Program-made: the position numbers and the translations under genes | In this document: positions 17,301-21,296 of the stretch, piece after piece | How positions within the stretch are numbered: the first letter of the stretch is position 1 | Layout of the letters: every line of letters begins with the position of its first letter | The notes under the pieces: generated by a model | What the model saw: only the letters and a program-made list of their open reading frames with translations | Database searches by the model: none | Told to the model about the DNA's origin: nothing | NCBI GenBank assembly: GCA_016871715.1 | Contig: VHCO01000141.1 | Location: 1-21,296 of the forward strand | DNA from: Verrucomicrobiota bacterium | GTDB taxonomy: Bacteria > Verrucomicrobiota > Verrucomicrobiia > Limisphaerales > J093 | Length of the DNA stretch: 21,296 bases | Reading direction: 5' to 3'

Positions 17301-19665
17301 CCTCGACGCGGCCCAGTTGCTGCAGGCCCTGGCGCGCCTGCACCGCTCGGTCGGCCTGCTGCGTTACTCCCCGCGCACCCGCGCTTGCGCGACCGTCTTT
17401 TGGCAAGTCCATCGCCAGCGGGATCCGCTCTTGGCGGCACGCCTCGAGGGCTTTCGCCTCCGCCACGAACTCTTCGCCCCGGGCCCGGCCCCGCCGGATA
17501 CGATGGGCGAGCTGCAGCAGCGGATCGAGGCCTTCTGCCAAGAAACCCGGCTCTTCCCGGCCTCCATCGCAGAAGCCGCCGCGGAGTACCTCTTTCAGGA
17601 ACTCACCTCTCGATCGCGCTCGGTCATCAGCCAACCCGCCGCCGACCTGGTCACCGCGCTCGAAAGTCACTTGCGCAACCGCCAAGCCCATGAAGCCTTT
17701 GCCGCGGCGCTCGCACGCGTCGCCCACGATCCAGCCAGCGCCTTCCCGGTGCTACGCGACTTGCTGGCCGGGTACCTGGCCACGCAAACCGTCAACGCGC
17801 CGCCGGATTACCTCGACGAATCCGCCTCGCTCCTGCTCCGCCGAGCCTACGATCCGCAAGCGGTCGTCGCCGCGGTGGTCGACACGCGGCTCGAGGGCCT
17901 GCTGGGCACACACCCCGTCATCCAAAATGGGGTCTACCACCTCAAGTTCCACCAGTTCATCGAGAAACTGCGGCGTTACGAGCAGGACGTCGTGCCCGCT
18001 TTCAACCGGTGCCACGCGCGCAAGACCGCCCTCCTGGAACAGAAGCGACGCGCTCTCCGCCTGGCCGAGTTCCAACCTCACGTCTTGACCGCGTTCGTGC
18101 GGAACCGGCTCATTGGCCAGGTCTACTTGCCGCTGATCGGCGACAACCTGGCGAAACAGATCGGTGTGGCGGGCGAACAGACGCGCACCGACCGCATGGG
18201 GTTGCTGCTCCTGATCTCCCCGCCGGGCTATGGCAAAACCACCCTCATGGAGTACCTCGCCCATCGCCTCGGCATCACCTTCATCAAAATCAACGGCCCG
18301 GCCCTGGGCGGCCGCGTGACCTCGCTCGATCCTGCCGAAGCCCCCAACGCCAGCGCGCGCGAAGAACTCGAGAAGGCCAACCTCGCCTTCGAGATGGGCG
18401 ACAACATCATGATTTACCTCGATGACATCCAGCATTGTCATCCCGAGCTCCTGCAAAAGTTCATCTCCCTCTGCGACGCGCAGCGCAAGATCGAAGGCGT
18501 CTACCGAGGCCAAGCCCGCACCTACGACCTGCGCGGCAAGAAAGTGGCCATGGTCATGGCCGGCAATCCCTACACCGAAAGCGGCTCGAAGTTCCAAATC
18601 CCCGATATGCTCGCCAACCGCGCCGACACGTACAACCTGGGCGACATCGTCGCCCACGCCGCCGACGCCTTCCGCGCGAGCTACCTCGAAAACGCCCTCA
18701 CCTCGAACCCCGTCCTCAGCCCACTGAGCAGCCGCCACACCGCCGACCTCTTCCCCCTCCTCGAACTCGCCGCCGGCGGCTCGCGCGAGAACGTCCAATT
18801 CGAGGGCAACTACTCCGTCGAGGAAATCAACGAGTTCGTGGCCGTCCTGCGCATCCTGCTCCGGCTGCGCGACGCCGTCCTGCGGGTCAACCAGGAGTAC
18901 ATCCGCTCCGCCGCTCAGGCCGATGCCTACCGCACCGAGCCGCCGTTTCGCCTCCAGGGGTCCTACCGCAACATGAATCGCCTCGCCGAACGGGTCGTGC
19001 CCATCATGAACGACGACGAGGTCACCGCCCTGCTCCATGACCACTACCAAAACGAGGCGCAAACCCTGGCCAGCGGCGCGGAGGCGAATCTCCTCAAGTT
19101 CTCCGAGCTCATGGGCACCCTGACCGCCGAGGCTGCCCAGCGCTGGCAGGACATCAAACGCACCTTCCAACGCAACCTGCTCCTGCAAACCACCGACGCC
19201 CAAGACCCCGTCGGTCGCATCGCCGGTCAGTTGGCCACCTTCGCCGAGGGCCTCGAGGCGATCCGCAAGGTGCTAGCGACCGGACTCTCCGAGCGCCGGC
19301 CGCCCCCCGACACAGCCGCCACGGAACTGGCCGCCCTCCCCCAAAGCCTCGAAGCCATCCGTGCCACCCTCGCTGAAGGACTGATCCGCGCCGCCGAACC
19401 GCCTCCGCCCCCAGCGCCTAGCCCGGATCCACTCCTCGATCTGGTCCAAAACCGGTTGGCTGACCTCAACCAGGCCCTCCGATCCATCCAAGCCGCGCTA
19501 GCGGCGAGCGCCAAGCCAACCGAGCCAAGCCCGGCCACCTTCCGCTTGATTAACCCCGCCAGCAAAGCCGATTTCGAGATCACCAACGTCAGCCAGGACA
19601 CCCTCAACAAGATCTGGTCCTTGGTTGACGAGGAACGCCAACGCCGACCGTCCCCCGACAAGTAG
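14386..19665 (+). CDS. Giant (1759 aa) multidomain protein with a single MoxR/AAA_5-class AAA+ ATPase module near the C-terminal third, a large aromatic-rich N-terminal domain and ~700 aa of predicted helix; coupled to flotillin
   Basis: The start ATG overlaps the flotillin TGA (ATGAGTGA at 14386-14393). Walker A is LLLISPPGYGKTTLMEYLAHRLGITFIKINGPAL (nt ~18210-18300). Walker-B-like is IMIYLDDIQHCHPELLQKFISL (18421-18438 = DDIQHC). A sensor-1-like motif VAMVMAGNP and IPDMLANRADTYNLGD together parallel the MoxR ...LADEINRAppktqsaLL...vlATQNP...LPEAQLDRF layout. The N-terminal ~370 aa is aromatic-rich, possibly beta-rich (WVVTAHNC...FGYNVFIGL...YRYFVYNEKL...LYVFYNRQDGLYVLMSYNV). The central region is long and helical/coiled-coil. 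Codon bias is consistent throughout and there are no internal stops. Confidence 0.8.
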   Translation: MSEAPTAAPAPAAPATLESGTYEILRDRLQARARELQERLGQLDTARRAVFGSLGFALVGTEWVVTAHNCMPSDLVAIGGNRFLFGYNVFIGLKSQTDVADVFAAYEKHEHSFRPTALTWLADERFQADFHSLYRYYRQTQFAKFSILGPHLFMVFRVGPQISDIKTFKWLLTPDGLAYQGNRSDHEFRYPPQHEFEWTRTHRDLHRQGPHPHISIADRLFVETIGGDLTIKIEDNTATGAGIYAEPVAHRDQTLDDAEIFYAILGHLILLKIRPYQEDHYRYFVYNEKLRQVRRIDTLADACVLLPNHHGIIFSNGYYLQLGECKQYPGTLTDMTFERRVASPNGEDHLYVFYNRQDGLYVLMSYNVIAQQVEAPVLCNGFSLFANGELALFKAQAEPQKHHVLQIWQTPYRTGESPLPEQQDSYLFKIGNPAIVRCMAECHELLSLLRKDDTYADLYVDLVKRADDVLNAYFWLDHPEACGLRDVLQAIHTAAAGAVDEFDKVARLRHHARSELARVSQNARALIESVQGALYEEILEYVEHLARLRAQRGELIALKEVRYVDAAQVESLEAEVADQAEALAHRCVEFLLQPDALAPYHAQAVAHRAACDGLEKVAEVKQVEAQVAQSATNLELLIEIVSNLKIEDATQTTRIVENISGVYAELNQVQARLKRRRQELQQVEGAAQFAAQMRLLDQSAVNYLEVCAAPERCDEYLNKLLVHLTELEGRFADFDAFQAPLAEKREELYAAFEGRKVALVAARSQRAQNLMTAAERILKGIAQRAQQFDALQDIHGFFAADLMVERVRELVRQLLELDDPVRAGNLQTRLKTLREEAVRQLKDRQDLFVDGRNLIQFGRHKFTVNHQPIEITLVRRDDDLFYHLTGTQFFERVEDAELLATRSVWTQELVSENPEVYRAEYLAYQLLRTLDRPGADPSLAALAEGSLEACQGQVQHFMAPRYAEGYVKGVHDLDAAQLLQALARLHRSVGLLRYSPRTRACATVFWQVHRQRDPLLAARLEGFRLRHELFAPGPAPPDTMGELQQRIEAFCQETRLFPASIAEAAAEYLFQELTSRSRSVISQPAADLVTALESHLRNRQAHEAFAAALARVAHDPASAFPVLRDLLAGYLATQTVNAPPDYLDESASLLLRRAYDPQAVVAAVVDTRLEGLLGTHPVIQNGVYHLKFHQFIEKLRRYEQDVVPAFNRCHARKTALLEQKRRALRLAEFQPHVLTAFVRNRLIGQVYLPLIGDNLAKQIGVAGEQTRTDRMGLLLLISPPGYGKTTLMEYLAHRLGITFIKINGPALGGRVTSLDPAEAPNASAREELEKANLAFEMGDNIMIYLDDIQHCHPELLQKFISLCDAQRKIEGVYRGQARTYDLRGKKVAMVMAGNPYTESGSKFQIPDMLANRADTYNLGDIVAHAADAFRASYLENALTSNPVLSPLSSRHTADLFPLLELAAGGSRENVQFEGNYSVEEINEFVAVLRILLRLRDAVLRVNQEYIRSAAQADAYRTEPPFRLQGSYRNMNRLAERVVPIMNDDEVTALLHDHYQNEAQTLASGAEANLLKFSELMGTLTAEAAQRWQDIKRTFQRNLLLQTTDAQDPVGRIAGQLATFAEGLEAIRKVLATGLSERRPPPDTAATELAALPQSLEAIRATLAEGLIRAAEPPPPPAPSPDPLLDLVQNRLADLNQALRSIQAALAASAKPTEPSPATFRLINPASKADFEITNVSQDTLNKIWSLVDEERQRRPSPDK

Positions 19666-19741
19666 CGCGCGGTTCACTGCGCGAGGCACCGGCGACGAGC
19701 GGTCCCGTATCGGCCAGGCCTGCCGCTGAGCGCTCGGGATA

Positions 19742-19851
19742 GACGACAAGTTGCCGGTAGGGCGCGCAGTCCTCTGCGCGCCGCGGCTCCCTGTGTCCAC
19801 GGTGGTTTACGGCGCGCAGAGGACTGCGCGCCCTACCGCGGACTTGTCGTC
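19742..19851. repeat. Nested palindromic element: 41-bp inverted-repeat arms (3 mismatches) around a 28-nt spacer, each arm containing its own 9-bp-stem hairpin; located between convergent gene ends
   Basis: Arm 1 is gacgacaagttgccggtagggcgcgcagtcctctgcgcgcc (19742-19782). Arm 2 is ggcgcgcagaggactgcgcgccctaccgcggacttgtcgtc (19811-19851), which is the reverse complement of arm 1 except for 3 nt. The internal palindromes are ggcgcgcag-tcct-ctgcgcgcc and ggcgcgcag-agga-ctgcgcgcc. A further 7-bp hairpin, gtgactc...gagtcac (19859-19882), overlaps the rlmD stop codon. Confidence 0.8.
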
Positions 19852-19878
19852 CACCTCAGTGACTCATGAGTAAGAGAG

Positions 19879-21102
19879 TCACCCGTTGGCTCCCCCGCAG
19901 GGAACTCCAGCGCGCAAGTCTGCCACACACTCGACATGCTGCGTCTGCGGAAACATATCCACCGGCGTCAACCGGTGTAGCCTATAAAGACCCTCCCCAC
20001 AGAGCGCACGCAAATCTCGCGCTTGCGTCGCCGGATGGCACGAGATGTACAGAATCTGCCGCGGCCGGACCGCGCGGAATTGATCGAGCGCGGACGCGGC
20101 GCAACCCACCCGCGGCGGGTCTAGAATCACCGCCATCCGGTCCGCTCGGAACTTGCCGAGGGCACCCGCAAGACACTCCTCGGCGGTGCCCGCCACAAAC
20201 TCGCCATTCGAGAGGCCTCGGGCGGCCGCGTTTTGGCGCGCGGCGGCCAGGGCCTGCCGATCGTATTCCAGGCCCACAAAGGACTCGACTTCCCTCGCCA
20301 ACTCGATCCCGAAATACCCGACGCCGCAATACACATCCACCAGGTGCCGCGCACCTCCATCCCGCAAGGCCGCCCGCACCACCTCGAGCAGGCTCGGCAG
20401 CGCAAAGAAGTTGTTCTGGAAAAACGAATCCGGCGGCACCGCCCAACCCTCCGGTTGAATGCGCAGAGCAACCTTGAGCCCGCCGCGGGGCGGCGGCTGA
20501 GCGCGGACCCGGGCCAGTTGTCGGTTGAGCAGCGGCTCGGCAATCGCGCACTCCTCGACATCGACCACGAGACGACTGTCGTGCCGCAGAAAACCGATTG
20601 CCAACCGTTGCTCCGGCTTGTGCCACTGGCTGCGCACCAGCAACCGGTTGCGGTACCCGTACTCGGCTGGGCTCGGCACCACCGGCTGCACCGCCGCCGC
20701 CGGGAACCCGCCCACCCGCTCCATGAGATCGCTCACTTGCCTGTGCTTGAGCCGGAGCTGCTCGCGATAAGCGACGTGCTGGTACTGGCACCCACCGCAG
20801 CCGCCAAAGTAAGGGCACCGCGGCGTCACCCGCTCCGCCGACCCCTCGAGCACCCGCACCAACCGGGCCCGGGCAAAGTGCCGTTTGACCTCCGTGACCT
20901 CGAGTTCCACCAACTCCCCCGGCAACACAAACGGAACGAAGACAACAAACTCGTTAACCCGCGCCACGCCTTCGCCCCCGAACGCAACGTCCGTAACCCG
21001 TGCGGCGAGTCGGTCCCCCCGCGCCAGCGGCGGCTCCGGCGCAAAGCCGCCGTCCTGCGCAGCCGGGTCCGACCCAGCCGTCCCGTGAACATCCTGACCC
21101 AT
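19879..21102 (-). CDS. rlmD: 23S rRNA (uracil-C5)-methyltransferase, RlmD/RumA family (TRAM domain + 4Fe-4S cluster + SAM-dependent MTase), 407 aa
   Basis: The TRAM-like N-terminus is VTDVAFGGEGVARVNEFVVFVPFVLPGELVELEVT. The Fe-S cysteine motif CPYFGGCGGCQYQH corresponds to E. coli RumA CRHYGKCGGCQQQH. MTase motifs present are FFQNN, VDVYCGVGYFG, ILDPPRVG, and ILYISCHPATQARD...PVDMFPQTQHVECVA. ATG is at 21100-21102 and TGA at 19879-19881. Confidence 0.85.
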   Translation of the reverse strand: MGQDVHGTAGSDPAAQDGGFAPEPPLARGDRLAARVTDVAFGGEGVARVNEFVVFVPFVLPGELVELEVTEVKRHFARARLVRVLEGSAERVTPRCPYFGGCGGCQYQHVAYREQLRLKHRQVSDLMERVGGFPAAAVQPVVPSPAEYGYRNRLLVRSQWHKPEQRLAIGFLRHDSRLVVDVEECAIAEPLLNRQLARVRAQPPPRGGLKVALRIQPEGWAVPPDSFFQNNFFALPSLLEVVRAALRDGGARHLVDVYCGVGYFGIELAREVESFVGLEYDRQALAAARQNAAARGLSNGEFVAGTAEECLAGALGKFRADRMAVILDPPRVGCAASALDQFRAVRPRQILYISCHPATQARDLRALCGEGLYRLHRLTPVDMFPQTQHVECVADLRAGVPCGGANG

Positions 21103-21296
21103 GCGCGGTCAGGCTAAGGACTCGCCCACCCCGCGCGCAAGCCCCTTACTGATGCGAGGTCGGGATAGACGTCGTCTGGCCAACCGGTTGGAAGGAGTCG
21201 AACTGTTGCCCATTGCCAGCCGCATCCGCTCGCGCCTGCGCGCCGAACCGATGGCGGCCCCGCAACTGCTCCAGTGCTTAAACCACCTCCTCAAGA

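Noticed and set aside
12039-19203. Long minus-strand ORFs (802, 501, 586, 556, 483 aa) antisense to yqiK and the giant AAA+ gene
   Set aside because: The translations are G/D/L/V/E-rich low complexity typical of antisense frames of high-GC coding DNA. The plus strand carries SPFH, Walker A/B and sensor motifs.
19742-19851. Considered calling the nested inverted repeat a MITE or IS remnant (mobile_element)
   Set aside because: No target-site duplication is discernible and there is no transposase or terminal-IR match to a known IS family. I kept it as a structured repeat only.
19734-21171. Exact 12-mer tcgggatagacg occurs in both intergenic regions flanking rlmD (19734-19745 and 21160-21171)
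   Set aside because: A back-of-envelope expectation for exact 12-mer coincidences within a 21.3-kb biased-composition window is more than 10 pairs. The shared context beyond the 12-mer is weak. This is not significant without genome-wide enrichment.
21109-21296. 61-aa minus ORF and a possible plus-strand gene start (ATGGCGGCCCCGCAACTG... at 21251) at the window edge
   Set aside because: The minus ORF is R-rich junk. The plus-strand start is truncated by the window end after 15 codons, so it cannot be supported.
1-21296. Scanned for CRISPR arrays, tRNA/rRNA genes, integrases and transposases
   Set aside because: No regularly spaced direct repeats, no tRNA-like cloverleaf signatures (GTTCGAATC-type T-arms) and no recombinase-like ORFs were found in any frame.

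Overview
High-GC (roughly two-thirds G+C) bacterial chromosomal window. The 5' 9 kb is almost entirely two same-strand (minus) genes for secreted proteins: a PQQ-like beta-propeller repeat protein, and a ~2560-aa giant surface protein built from a signal peptide, about seven lamin-tail domains (LTD), a CotH kinase-like domain, a right-handed beta-helix and a C-terminal module with thrombospondin-type-3-like Ca-binding motifs. A conspicuously AT-rich ~270-bp divergent regulatory region follows. It contains a C10 homopolymer on the side facing the giant gene, and an SD/anti-SD leader plus a sigma-54-like element on the other side. That region drives two tandem Hsp20/alpha-crystallin genes, which are closed by a canonical GC-stem+T5 intrinsic terminator. 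Next come an orphan hydrogenase-maturation chaperone gene hypC (minus) and a small conserved-looking 74-aa ORF (minus). Then comes a plus-strand cassette with tight start/stop coupling. It encodes a YqiJ/NfeD-like membrane protein, a YqiK-type flotillin (SPFH/band-7), and a 1759-aa protein that overlaps the flotillin stop by 8 nt (ATGAGTGA). This large protein carries a single MoxR/AAA_5-class AAA+ module with an unusual DD Walker B, plus a large aromatic-rich N-terminal domain and roughly 700 aa of predicted helix. I consider this cassette the most likely undescribed system here: a flotillin scaffold genetically wired to a giant AAA+ machine, which recalls the HflK/C–FtsH cage logic. A 110-bp nested palindromic element separates this cassette from a convergent 23S rRNA (uracil-5)-methyltransferase gene (RlmD/RumA family). 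The window has no rRNA or tRNA genes, no CRISPR array and no recognisable transposase. The many long ORFs antisense to the real genes are GC-driven artefacts. The gene content (PQQ propellers, LTD-CotH giants, DGL-D-WE motifs) suggests a Verrucomicrobia- or Planctomycetes-like lineage, but this is a low-confidence inference.
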